Source: an uncultured Acidobacteriota bacterium (lineage in GTDB: Bacteria; Acidobacteriota; UBA6911). Taken from it: 64,000 nucleotides of DNA. The notes under the pieces are model-generated. The model searched no databases. It saw only the letters and a program-made list of their open reading frames with translations, and was not told the DNA's origin. Position 1 is the first letter of the stretch, and the number at the start of each line of letters is the position of its first letter. Position numbers and translations under genes: made by a program. The stretch covers positions 192,001 to 256,000 of the forward strand of contig CAWJKZ010000021.1 in assembly GCA_963843575.1 (NCBI GenBank), given 5' to 3'. Below are positions 18,973 to 27,983 of this stretch, one piece after another.

Positions 18973-20193
18973 ATGGAAGAGGAACTCAAGGCTGCAAAGC
19001 CTGCGACCACTGCGGACGCCCTCATCGACCTCGAAAACGAGTACGGCGCACATAATTACAACCCGCTGGACGTCGTCGTGCACCGGGCGTCGGGTGTCTG
19101 GGTGTACGACGTCGAGGGGAAGCGTTACCTCGACTGCCTGGCCGCCTATTCCGCCGTGAACCAGGGACACTGCCATCCGGCCATCCTGCACGCGGCCGAG
19201 GAGCAGATGCGCCTCGTGACCCTGACCTCGCGCGCCTTCCGCAACGACCAGCTTCCGCTGCTGTGCCGGGACCTGCACGAACTCACCGGCATGGAGATGG
19301 CGTTGCCCATGAACTCCGGGGCGGAGGCGGTCGAAACGGCGCTGAAGGCGGCGCGCAAGTGGGGCTATACGTGCAAAGGGATCCCTCCGGGGAAGGCGGA
19401 GATCGTCGTCTGCGCCAACAACTTTCACGGCCGCACGATTTCGCTCGTGAGTTTTTCCACCGACGAACAGTACCGGCGCGGCTTCGAACCGTTCACCCCC
19501 GGTTTCAGGACGGTGCCGTACGGAGACAGCGACGCACTCCGCCGCGCACTGACTCCCAACACCTGTGCCTTCCTGGTGGAGCCCATCCAGGGGGAGGCGG
19601 GAGTCGTCATCCCGCCGGACGGTTACCTCGAGGCGTGCTCCAGGCTGTGCAGGGAAAACGACGTGCTGTTCGTGGCCGACGAGATCCAATCGGGGCTGGG
19701 GCGCGCCGGAAAGCTCTTCGCCTATTTGTACGAGGACGTCGAGCCCGACGTCCTGATCATAGGGAAAGCGCTCGCCGGCGGGTTCTACCCCGTCTCGGCC
19801 GTGCTGGCCTCCAAGGAGGTGCTCGGCGTCTTCGGGCCCGGCGACCACGGCAGCACGTTCGGCGGCAACCCCCTCGCCTGCGCCATCGCCCGGGCCGCGC
19901 TCCGCGTACTGCAGGAGGAGAAGCTCGTCGAGCGCTCCGCCGAACACGGCCGGTACTTCCTCGGGCTCCTGCGGACGCTGCGCTCCGCCGACATCGTCGA
20001 GGTAAGGGGCCGCGGCCTCTGGATCGGCCTCGAGCTCAAGCGTGGAGCACGCGGCTGCTGCGAGATCCTGAAGGAGCGGGGGATCCTCTGCAAGGAAACC
20101 CACGAACGCGTGATCCGGGTCGCGCCCCCCCTCGTGATCACGCGTGAGGAGATCGACTGGGCCTTCGAAAGGTTCCGCTCCGTCCTCGAATAG
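18973..20193 (+). CDS. rocD: Ornithine--oxo-acid transaminase
   Basis: [72 protein letters not shown]. Confidence 0.96.
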   Translation: MEEELKAAKPATTADALIDLENEYGAHNYNPLDVVVHRASGVWVYDVEGKRYLDCLAAYSAVNQGHCHPAILHAAEEQMRLVTLTSRAFRNDQLPLLCRDLHELTGMEMALPMNSGAEAVETALKAARKWGYTCKGIPPGKAEIVVCANNFHGRTISLVSFSTDEQYRRGFEPFTPGFRTVPYGDSDALRRALTPNTCAFLVEPIQGEAGVVIPPDGYLEACSRLCRENDVLFVADEIQSGLGRAGKLFAYLYEDVEPDVLIIGKALAGGFYPVSAVLASKEVLGVFGPGDHGSTFGGNPLACAIARAALRVLQEEKLVERSAEHGRYFLGLLRTLRSADIVEVRGRGLWIGLELKRGARGCCEILKERGILCKETHERVIRVAPPLVITREEIDWAFERFRSVLE

Positions 20194-20269
20194 CCCCGCG
20201 GACCTCACCATTTGGAGTGCGGCGGCTCGACGCCGACACTAGCCCATGTCTGCGGGCTTTCGCGCTATT

Positions 20270-20410
20270 CGCGTGCGTATGTGTTCGTGGCGTCGCTCGC
20301 GTTTCTGCTGGATCGAGCGTTGGAGAAAAAACTGCAATCGGCCGGCTCGGACATCTCATCGCGGGAGGGAGGCTTGGCAGTCGCTGCGGACAGTCCGGAC
20401 ACAGGCTACG
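20270..20410 (+). mobile_element. Degraded transposase C-terminal fragment, IS1634-like
   Basis: RAYVFVASLAFLLDRALEKKLQSAG..S continuing in another frame as REAWQSLRTVR; resembles my recollection of IS1634-family C-termini; no ends visible. Confidence 0.55.
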
Positions 20411-20554
20411 CCTGTCACCAGGTCCAGATCCGCGCGCAACCGCGAAAATCCGCGTCCGGGAACGTCTGTCAGCGCACTTCCGAACACCTGACCTGTACCA
20501 GGCCAACCTGCACTGGGCCGCTTACGCTCCACGTCCAGCGGTGGACCGACGAGC

Positions 20555-20563
20555 TGATATAAT
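20555..20563 (+). promoter_or_regulatory. Extended -10 promoter for qor
   Basis: TGaTATAAT 27 bp upstream of the ATG at 20591. Confidence 0.55.
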
Positions 20564-20590
20564 GTTCCCGGTTATCTCGATGGGAGCCAC

Positions 20591-21562
20591 ATGATGAAAG
20601 CGATACGCGTGCATGAAACGGGCGGTCCCGAGGCACTCCAACTCGAAGAGATTGCCGTGCCGGCACCGGGCCCCGGCCAGGTACGGGTGCAAGTCAAGGC
20701 GATCGGTGTGAACTTCATCGACATCTACCACCGCAGCGGGCTCTACAAGCTCCAGCTTCCGTTCATCCCGGGTTCCGAGGCGGCCGGGATCGTTGATGCC
20801 GTCGGCGAAGGCGTCAAGACAGTGGCGGCGGGGGAGCGGGTGGCCTACGCCATGAATCCGGGCGCCTACGCCGAGTACGCGCTCGTCAACGACTGGCAGC
20901 TCGTGAAGCTCCCGGACGACGTCGATTTCCGCACGGCGGCCGCGCTGATGCTGCAAGGCATGACCTCGCACTACCTCATGTACTCCACGTTTCCACTCCG
21001 CAGCGGGGAAGTCGCCCTGGTTCACGCCGCGGCCGGCGGGGTGGGGCTGCTGCTGCTGCAGATCGGCAAGATGCTCGGAGCCACCCTGATCGGCACGGTT
21101 TCGACGCAGGGGAAACGGGAGCTGGCCCTGGAGGCGGGGGCCGACCACGTCGTCCTGTACGAAGAGAACGACTTCGAGGCGGAAGTGAAGAAGCTGACCG
21201 ACGGCCACGGTGTCCACGTCGTGTACGATTCGGTCGGGCGGACCACGTTCGACCGCAGCCTGCGTTGTCTGCGGCCGCGCGGCATGCTGGTCCTTTTCGG
21301 ACAATCCAGCGGGCCCGTGCCCCCCATCGATCCCGGCGTGCTGGCGGCGCGCGGCTCGGTCTACCTGACCCGGCCGAGCCTGGCCCATTACACGGCCAGC
21401 CCGGAGGAGATCGGCTGGCGCGCCGGCGACGTGCTGCGGTGGGTCGCCGAAGGACGGCTCAAGGTGCGCATCGACTCCAACTATCCGCTGGGCGAGGCGG
21501 CGGCGGCTCACCGCGCCCTCGCGGGCCGGAAGACCAGCGGCAAGATTATCCTCCAGCCCTGA
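20591..21562 (+). CDS. qor: NADPH:quinone oxidoreductase (zeta-crystallin family)
   Basis: GGPEAL, IGVNFIDIYHRSG, HAAAGGVG, VYDSVG, FGQSSG, TSGKIIL. Confidence 0.93.
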   Translation: MMKAIRVHETGGPEALQLEEIAVPAPGPGQVRVQVKAIGVNFIDIYHRSGLYKLQLPFIPGSEAAGIVDAVGEGVKTVAAGERVAYAMNPGAYAEYALVNDWQLVKLPDDVDFRTAAALMLQGMTSHYLMYSTFPLRSGEVALVHAAAGGVGLLLLQIGKMLGATLIGTVSTQGKRELALEAGADHVVLYEENDFEAEVKKLTDGHGVHVVYDSVGRTTFDRSLRCLRPRGMLVLFGQSSGPVPPIDPGVLAARGSVYLTRPSLAHYTASPEEIGWRAGDVLRWVAEGRLKVRIDSNYPLGEAAAAHRALAGRKTSGKIILQP

Positions 21563-21597
21563 GTCAGCCGCCTTACTACTGATGTTCACAGATGCGC

Positions 21598-21688
21598 TTT
21601 TTTCAGGACCCAAACTTGCGCGGATCCACACGGATCGGCCTAGCGAGCGTGAATCCGTTGAATCCGCGCAAATCTGCGTCCTGAAAAA
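21598..21688. terminator. Long imperfect palindrome between convergent genes (bidirectional terminator or repeat)
   Basis: ttttcaggac..ttgcgcggat..acggat pairs with atccgt..atccgcgcaa..gtcctgaaaa. Confidence 0.65.
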
Positions 21689-21715
21689 TACGTCAGCGTA
21701 ATTATGAGACTGTAC

Positions 21716-22462
21716 TCAGTGCAGCCTGAAGATCACGGTCACGATCGCGAGCACCGGGACCGGCTCGCCGTTGAGCAGCGTAGGAGAATATTTCCACTGG
21801 CGTACTGCCTCGACCGCCGCGTCGCTCAGCAGCGGGTGGCCGCCCACTACCCGGACGGCCACGACGTTTCCGTCGTCGTCCACCGCGACTTCGAGTGTCA
21901 CTTCACCTGAAACCCGCGCCCTGCGGGCCAGTTCGGGGTATGCCGGCTCGACCCTGCGGAGCAGGCGGGACTCGAGCACTTTCCCGCCGATGCGCATCGC
22001 CTCCGTCGTCCGGTGCACCGGGGGTGGAGGCGGCGGCCGCAGCGGAGCAGCCGGCCGGCCGCCGGGCAGCAGCTCCGCCGGAATGCCCGGGAATCCGCCC
22101 GGGCCGAACGGTTGCCCCGGCACGCCGAATTCCGCCGCGGGCAGTTCCTCCGGCGGGAGTGGATCGAGGACGATGCCGTCCGGTATGATCGTCGGGGTTA
22201 AGAGCCCCAGCCTGATGGTGGCTGCGCCACCGCGGACCTGAGCCGTCCCAACCGGAGGGCGAGGCGGCTCGCGCGCGGGCGGCGTGGCTGGGGTGGCAAT
22301 AAGGAACGTGAGCAGGCCTGCGCCCGGGATGACGTTCAGCCAGAACAGCGGCACCAGCACCAGCGCGCCGATCCCGACGATGTGAAGCACCAGCGAGACA
22401 AGAAGACTCGAGGCGCGGCGCAAGAAGCTGCGCTGTTCGCCGAACTCGGCCGATTCGAACAT
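21716..22462 (-). CDS. TonB family energy transducer
   Basis: N-terminal TM with SLVLH, Pro-rich linker, PAYPELARRARVSGEV..AVRQWKYSPTLLNG. Confidence 0.9.
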   Translation of the reverse strand: MFESAEFGEQRSFLRRASSLLVSLVLHIVGIGALVLVPLFWLNVIPGAGLLTFLIATPATPPAREPPRPPVGTAQVRGGAATIRLGLLTPTIIPDGIVLDPLPPEELPAAEFGVPGQPFGPGGFPGIPAELLPGGRPAAPLRPPPPPPVHRTTEAMRIGGKVLESRLLRRVEPAYPELARRARVSGEVTLEVAVDDDGNVVAVRVVGGHPLLSDAAVEAVRQWKYSPTLLNGEPVPVLAIVTVIFRLH

Positions 22463-22745
22463 GGTTCCCCCTTTCCGGCGCCCGGCGGCGCCCGGATCAT
22501 CGAAGCCTGCGCTTTCCGTGATTTTTCACTGCTACTGGATTTGACCCTGCACGCCCGCCGAAGTTCCGGAGCGGGGATCATCGGGATTCATGGAGCATTT
22601 AACGACCGCACGAGCACGTCAGCCGAGACGAAGTCGATCGTGGGGCGGCCTCTTCACCCGGGCAGGGGTTGCCGCAGCCTTTCCCGCGCCGGTGTGCGAT
22701 GATAAGCTTGAATGGGGTCCCCCTAAGCCAAACCGGAGAACAGTG

Positions 22746-23492
22746 ATGAGCAACCATGACGGAACGCAGGGCGAGATTCTCGCGCGTTTGCGCAAGCTCG
22801 AGGCACAGAACCGGCTCATCAAGAGGATCGGCCTCCTGGCGTTCCTCTCGGCCGGGGCGTTGTTCTGGATGGGGCAGGCCAGGACAGCGCGCAACGTCGA
22901 AGCGAGGAGGTTTACCCTGAAAGATGTCAAGGGGAAGCGGAGGGCGGAACTGGCGATAGAGCTCGGCCGCCCGGTACTGCTCTTCTACGACGAGATGGAG
23001 AGGGCGTCCGTGTCGATTGGGGTGGAGGAGGACGGTCCCGGCCTGACCCTGTACGACCCGGCCGGCCGCCAGTCGATGGTGCTGAGCGCGGCCGCAAACG
23101 GCCCCGTGTTGAGCATGTTCTCCCGCTCGGGGGTGAAACGGCTGAACATGAGCGTGGCGGCGCAGGGCCCTGTCATCGGACTGCTCGGGACCGCAGGGGA
23201 GGCCAGGGCGGCGTTCGGCGCCTCGGGTTCCGACAATACCTTTCTGCACCTGTTTTCCGACAAGGAGCACGGCGGCGTGCAGCTTTCGGCCGGCGCGGAC
23301 CGCGCGGTCGTGCGCATCTTCGACGGCGCCGACAAGCCCAGGGCCGTTTTGGGAATGCTGGAGAAGGAAAACACCCCGGGGCTGGTTCTCAACGACGGCG
23401 CGGGGGCCGCGCGGGTGATGCTGCTGTTGTTTCCCCGTGGTCCCGGGCTCGAGTTCCGCAGCGACAAAGACGTCGTCTGGCGGGCCCCCTGA
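22746..23492 (+). CDS. Membrane-anchored hypothetical protein with internal beta-repeats
   Basis: Short coiled coil, one TM helix, then repeated (L/F)xDxxGxxR units. Confidence 0.7.
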   Translation: MSNHDGTQGEILARLRKLEAQNRLIKRIGLLAFLSAGALFWMGQARTARNVEARRFTLKDVKGKRRAELAIELGRPVLLFYDEMERASVSIGVEEDGPGLTLYDPAGRQSMVLSAAANGPVLSMFSRSGVKRLNMSVAAQGPVIGLLGTAGEARAAFGASGSDNTFLHLFSDKEHGGVQLSAGADRAVVRIFDGADKPRAVLGMLEKENTPGLVLNDGAGAARVMLLLFPRGPGLEFRSDKDVVWRAP

Positions 23493-23494
23493 CG

Positions 23495-23890
23495 TCAGAT
23501 GCCCTTGTGCGGTGTCAGCGACCGTGCGATCAGCCCAAGACCCCCGGCCAGCAGCGCCAGCATGAAGAGCGTGTTGTAGAGCGACGTCGGGCGGAAATAG
23601 ATGTCCATGTTCATCAGCACCCCCGCCAGGATGATCCCGAAACCCAGGACCGTCAGGATCCAGCCGGCCGGGGACTTTCCGTTGAAAAAGAGCATGCCGA
23701 CGCCCACGAGCATCGGGACCAGGCTCAGGCCGAAGGCATTGACACCCCAGAGTCGTCCCCACGACGTGGTCACCTCCACCTGGTTGAGGAACAGGTAGGC
23801 TCCGATCCCGGCCATGATCAGGCCTGCGAAAAACTGACCGATTCCCCCGGGCGTCCCACCGGCTCCGACATTCTTCGTCTCTTCCCCCAT
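23495..23890 (-). CDS. Small 4-TM hypothetical membrane protein
   Basis: GAGGTPGG N-terminal motif and four hydrophobic segments. Confidence 0.75.
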   Translation of the reverse strand: MGEETKNVGAGGTPGGIGQFFAGLIMAGIGAYLFLNQVEVTTSWGRLWGVNAFGLSLVPMLVGVGMLFFNGKSPAGWILTVLGFGIILAGVLMNMDIYFRPTSLYNTLFMLALLAGGLGLIARSLTPHKGI

Positions 23891-23977
23891 GCCCCGCCCC
23901 TCCATCGTTGTGAGTCGTCTTCAAAGGTCTCAGAAAGCCGCCCGGCCCCGTTGCCCCGCGGCCGCGCGGCGGGTCCG

Positions 23978-24005
23978 ATTATAGGGCGACCGTCGCATCT
24001 GGCAA
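23978..24005 (-). promoter_or_regulatory. sigma70-type promoter
   Basis: Minus strand TTGCCA-16 bp-TATAAT upstream of the gene starting at 23890. Confidence 0.5.
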
Positions 24006-24109
24006 CGGCCACCACGGGCCCCAACGCGAACTCCGTGCCCCGGCTCGCGTGGCTGTTGCTCTGAAGCGGCGAGACCATTATAGTCAGGTTCGCGGAAGGA
24101 TATTCGAAG

Positions 24110-24901
24110 ATGCACCCACGACTGCTGACGACCCCCTATTTCACCCTTCACACGTTCGGCGTTTTGCTGGCCGCGGCTTACCTCGCGGCGCTGTGGTGGA
24201 TCACCCGCAGCGCCAAGCGGGAGGGGCTCGACCCGGAGCGGATGATGTCGCTCGGGCTGTGGGCGATCGTCGGGGCGGTGATCGGGGCCAAGCTGCTGAT
24301 GGTCTTGCGGACGCTGCCGGAGTATCTGGCCGACCCGTCGCAGTTGTGGGCGCTGTCGACGCTGCAGAGCGCGGGCGATTTCTACGGGGGCTTCCTGGGC
24401 GCCCTGGCCGCCGTGGCGGTGTATTTCGCGCGCACGCCGCAGCTGCGCGTCTGGCGGACCGCCGACATATGCGCGCCAGCGATCGCGCTGGGGCAGGCGA
24501 TCGGGCGCGTGGGCTGCTTCATGGCGGGTGACGACTACGGAAGCCCCGCGACGGTGCCGTGGGCCGTGAGGTTCACCGACCCGGACGCCTACAGCATCGG
24601 GGGTGCGCCGCTCGGGGTACCGCTGCACCCCGTGCAGCTCTACGAATCCGCCGTGTGCCTGGCGCTCTTCCTGTTTCTGGTGCGGCTCTCGCGCCGCAGG
24701 CGTTTCGACGGGCAGGTCATCCTGTCCTACACGCTGCTGTATGCGGCCGCACGCTTCCTGCTGGAATTCGTCCGCGGCGACGAGGATCGGGGCTTCCTGC
24801 TGCAGGGGCTCCTGTCCACATCCCAGTTCATCGCGTTGCTCCTCGCCGCCGCGAGTGTGGTGCTTTGGTGGAAGAGACGTGCCTCTCGGAGGGGAATATG
24901 A
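24110..24901 (+). CDS. lgt: Prolipoprotein diacylglyceryl transferase
   Basis: FYGG, LGQAIGRVGCF, HPVQLYE, RFLLEFVRGD. Confidence 0.93.
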   Translation: MHPRLLTTPYFTLHTFGVLLAAAYLAALWWITRSAKREGLDPERMMSLGLWAIVGAVIGAKLLMVLRTLPEYLADPSQLWALSTLQSAGDFYGGFLGALAAVAVYFARTPQLRVWRTADICAPAIALGQAIGRVGCFMAGDDYGSPATVPWAVRFTDPDAYSIGGAPLGVPLHPVQLYESAVCLALFLFLVRLSRRRRFDGQVILSYTLLYAAARFLLEFVRGDEDRGFLLQGLLSTSQFIALLLAAASVVLWWKRRASRRGI

Positions 24902-25581
24902 AACCCAGGATCGGGGTGGTGCTTTCCGGTTGTGGCGTGCTGGACGGTTCGGAGATCCACGAGGCAACCCTGACGCTTTACTTTCTTGACAAGCACGGCG
25001 CCGAGGCCGTCTGCCTGGCGCCCGACAAGGACCAGGCAGAGGTCGTGGATCACGTCCGAGGAGAATCGGCGGCGGAGAAACGCAACGTCCTGCGCGAGTC
25101 CGCGCGGATCGCGCGGGGAGCGATCTCGGACGTGGCTGCCGGCAGGGCCGCCGACCTCGACGGCGCGATCCTCCCGGGCGGGTACGGTGCGGCGAAGAAC
25201 CTGTCCAACTTTGCGTCCGACGGGGCGCGCTGCCAGGTGGACCCGGGTGTTCGCCGCCTGCTGCTCGACCTGCACGCCGCGGGAAAGCCGATAGGCGCGC
25301 TGTGCATCGCGCCGGCGCTGATCGCGGCCCTGTTCGGTTCCGAGCACGTTCGTTTGACGATCGGCACGGATGCGGGGACCGCGTCGGTCCTGGAACAGAC
25401 GGGCGCGCGGCACGTCGTTGCCCGCACCGGCGACGTCGTGGTCGACGAGGAGCTCCGGATCGTCACCACACCGTGCTATATGACCGCGCGCACGATCGGC
25501 GAGGTGGGGGACGGCATCGAGAAGGCGGTCCTGAAAGTGCTTGAGCTCGTCCGCACCAGCAAGGCCTCGGGCCGCGCGTAA
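24898..25581 (+). CDS. elbB: ElbB/ES1 family glyoxalase (DJ-1/PfpI superfamily)
   Basis: VVLSGCGVLDGSEIHE, RNVLRESARIARG, PGGYGAAKNL, CIAP, TTPCYM; ATGA overlap with lgt. Confidence 0.93.
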   Translation: MKPRIGVVLSGCGVLDGSEIHEATLTLYFLDKHGAEAVCLAPDKDQAEVVDHVRGESAAEKRNVLRESARIARGAISDVAAGRAADLDGAILPGGYGAAKNLSNFASDGARCQVDPGVRRLLLDLHAAGKPIGALCIAPALIAALFGSEHVRLTIGTDAGTASVLEQTGARHVVARTGDVVVDEELRIVTTPCYMTARTIGEVGDGIEKAVLKVLELVRTSKASGRA

Positions 25582-25802
25582 GCCGCGGCGATCTGCTTCA
25601 CGGCGGCAGCGGGCCCCCCGGCGCACCAGCCAGCCACGATCGCTCCGGGCGGCCTCGCCTGCCATGAGCCCCCCGCCCTTTGATCCCCGTCCCGGCACCG
25701 CATCGAACGGTCAGGGAGGGGCTGGCGGCACGGCCTTTACCGCGAAGGCGCGAACGTTCATACTGTCTGTCGGCCCGTGGGCCGGGGAAAGGGGGTGCGG
25801 CA

Positions 25803-27155
25803 GTGAACTCGAGACCTGATGAGCCATTGAATCGACTGGTGGCAGACGCCATTCTTGGCATCGACACGCTCTGGGGCGGGGACGTCATGAACCCGTCCGG
25901 TACCGGGCGCTTCATCGCCGACTCCTGGTTTTCCGACGAGCCGCTGCCGCCCGCCTACACGCATCCCCTGGCGGCCCGGGTGCGGGAGAGCGGTGGTGTC
26001 TCGGCTGCGCAACCCGACCGGACGGCGATCGAGGAATACCTTGGGGCCATCGACATCGCCGGAGCCATCAAGGGGATGGCTGAGGAGGCGAAAAGGGTGG
26101 GGCGGCGCCGTCGCGCCTACATCAAGGGGCTGGCCGTCTGTTTCGAGGCGATGTGGGACCTTGCCATGGAGATCCTCGGCAAGGGGGAAGCGGTACCCTA
26201 CGACCGCTGCGTGCTCGCCTCCACGGGCCGCTGCCCGGAGCCGTCGCAGCCCGATGCAAAGCGGCAGCGCGCCGGGGAAATCCTGGCGCGGGCGGGGTAC
26301 CCGACCGGCTCGAACGAAGAGTTGCTCTTGGCCGTCGACGCGTGGCGCGCCGAGCGGCTCGTCCCGGCAAGATCGATCGCGGCCCTGGGGGCGGCGTTCA
26401 TCGCGAAATACGACGCGCTCTCGACCCGCCACCTCCTGCCCTTCCTGCCGCAGGCGCTCCGGCCCGTGCCGCGCGCCAACATCCGCTTCCTGCCCATCAA
26501 AGACGCGTGGTTCTCCGGGTCGATGAACTACCTCGGCCGCGCCCGTAAGCCGGACGGCAGCCCCGAGTATGAGGCCTCCTACGAAATCAACGCGTCGCTC
26601 GAGATCTCCGTGCCGGAATTCGAGCAGCTGGTCAGCCACGAGGTGGTGCCCGGCCACGTGACCAGCTTCGCCTACCTGCAGAACCTCTTCTGGCGCGGCA
26701 AGGTCGGCTTCGAAGCCTCCGTCCTGACCATGAACACGCGGGCTGCCGCCCTCTGCGAGGGGATCGCCAACAACGCACTCCTCATCGCCTGCGGGGTGAC
26801 CGAGGTGGAACAGCTTGCCGACGAAGATCTCCAGCTGGGCCTGCTGCTTGCCCTGCTCCAGGACGACGCCAAGAACCAGGCGTCGTACCTCACCTGGCAC
26901 GAGCGCCTGCCGCAACCCGAAGTCGCTGCGACGCTGCGCCGGGATTTCCTGGTCACCGAGGAACGCGCGCAAAAGCTCTCAGGGGCATGGGGTCGCCATC
27001 CCCTGCTCGGCCGCATGTACCTGCCCGCCTACCGCGCGGGCACCGAGCTGGTGGCTGGACTGCGCCGCAGGTATCCTGCCGAAAAGGTGTTGCCGGTCCT
27101 GTACGGCTGCAACGGGCTGGTGGACGTGACTACCGTCGAGGCGGCCATCCGCTAG
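25803..27155 (+). CDS. Conserved protein with a DUF885-like metallopeptidase motif
   Basis: HEVVPGH followed by EGIA. Confidence 0.65.
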   Translation: MNSRPDEPLNRLVADAILGIDTLWGGDVMNPSGTGRFIADSWFSDEPLPPAYTHPLAARVRESGGVSAAQPDRTAIEEYLGAIDIAGAIKGMAEEAKRVGRRRRAYIKGLAVCFEAMWDLAMEILGKGEAVPYDRCVLASTGRCPEPSQPDAKRQRAGEILARAGYPTGSNEELLLAVDAWRAERLVPARSIAALGAAFIAKYDALSTRHLLPFLPQALRPVPRANIRFLPIKDAWFSGSMNYLGRARKPDGSPEYEASYEINASLEISVPEFEQLVSHEVVPGHVTSFAYLQNLFWRGKVGFEASVLTMNTRAAALCEGIANNALLIACGVTEVEQLADEDLQLGLLLALLQDDAKNQASYLTWHERLPQPEVAATLRRDFLVTEERAQKLSGAWGRHPLLGRMYLPAYRAGTELVAGLRRRYPAEKVLPVLYGCNGLVDVTTVEAAIR

Positions 27156-27184
27156 TTCGACGTCGCCGTCCGGGAGACGCGGAG

Positions 27185-27823
27185 ATGTCGGGAAACGGCA
27201 GGATCTCAACCGTGCTTTTCGACTGGGACGGCACCCTGCTGGACTCGGCGCGCCTCGGCCTGCTCGCCTTCCGCGCCACCTTCGCCGAACTCGGCATCGC
27301 GTTCCCGGAGGAGCTGTACAGGTCCGCGTACTCGCCCAACTGGTATGCGATGTACGAGGCGATGCGCGTCCCAAGGGAGTCGTGGGCGGCCGCAGACCGC
27401 CTGTGGCTTCAGCACTACGGCGAGGAAACCCCCGCACTGGTCCCCGGAGCGCGGCAAACCCTGCTGGACCTGTCCGGAAAGGGCTACCGCCTGGGGATCG
27501 TCAGCAGCGGCTCGGAGTGCCGTGTGCGCCGGGAAATCGCGCAGCTGGACCTGGACCGGTTGTTCCAGGTCGTGGTCTGCAACGAAAACACCACCCACAA
27601 GAAACCCCACCCGGAGGGGCTGGAAACCGCCATCTTCGCCCTTGGCTGTCCAAAAGACGCGTGCTGCTACGTGGGCGACAGCCCGGAAGACATCCTGATG
27701 GGCAGGCGGGCCGGCATCTTGACCATCGGAGTGCGCAGCGCCTATCCCGGCAGCGACCGCCTCCCGGCTGCCTGCCCCGACCTCCTGCTGGAGAATGTGC
27801 ACGAGGTGCTTCTGCACCTTTGA
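27185..27823 (+). CDS. HAD-family hydrolase (phosphoglycolate phosphatase-like)
   Basis: FDWDGTLLDS, VSS, KKPHP, VGDSPEDI. Confidence 0.9.
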   Translation: MSGNGRISTVLFDWDGTLLDSARLGLLAFRATFAELGIAFPEELYRSAYSPNWYAMYEAMRVPRESWAAADRLWLQHYGEETPALVPGARQTLLDLSGKGYRLGIVSSGSECRVRREIAQLDLDRLFQVVVCNENTTHKKPHPEGLETAIFALGCPKDACCYVGDSPEDILMGRRAGILTIGVRSAYPGSDRLPAACPDLLLENVHEVLLHL

Positions 27824-27983
27824 GGGCCGGCTGGCCGCCCCATGAAACCCCGGGGCTGCGTCGGGCCGCCGCGCCCGCCCGCACCACTTTGGCGCTCCGG
27901 ATCCGCCTGTAAAGGTGTACAATTCTCCGGGTTACGGGAATTCTCGAGCATCGACACACACTCACCGATCGGACTGACAAGCC

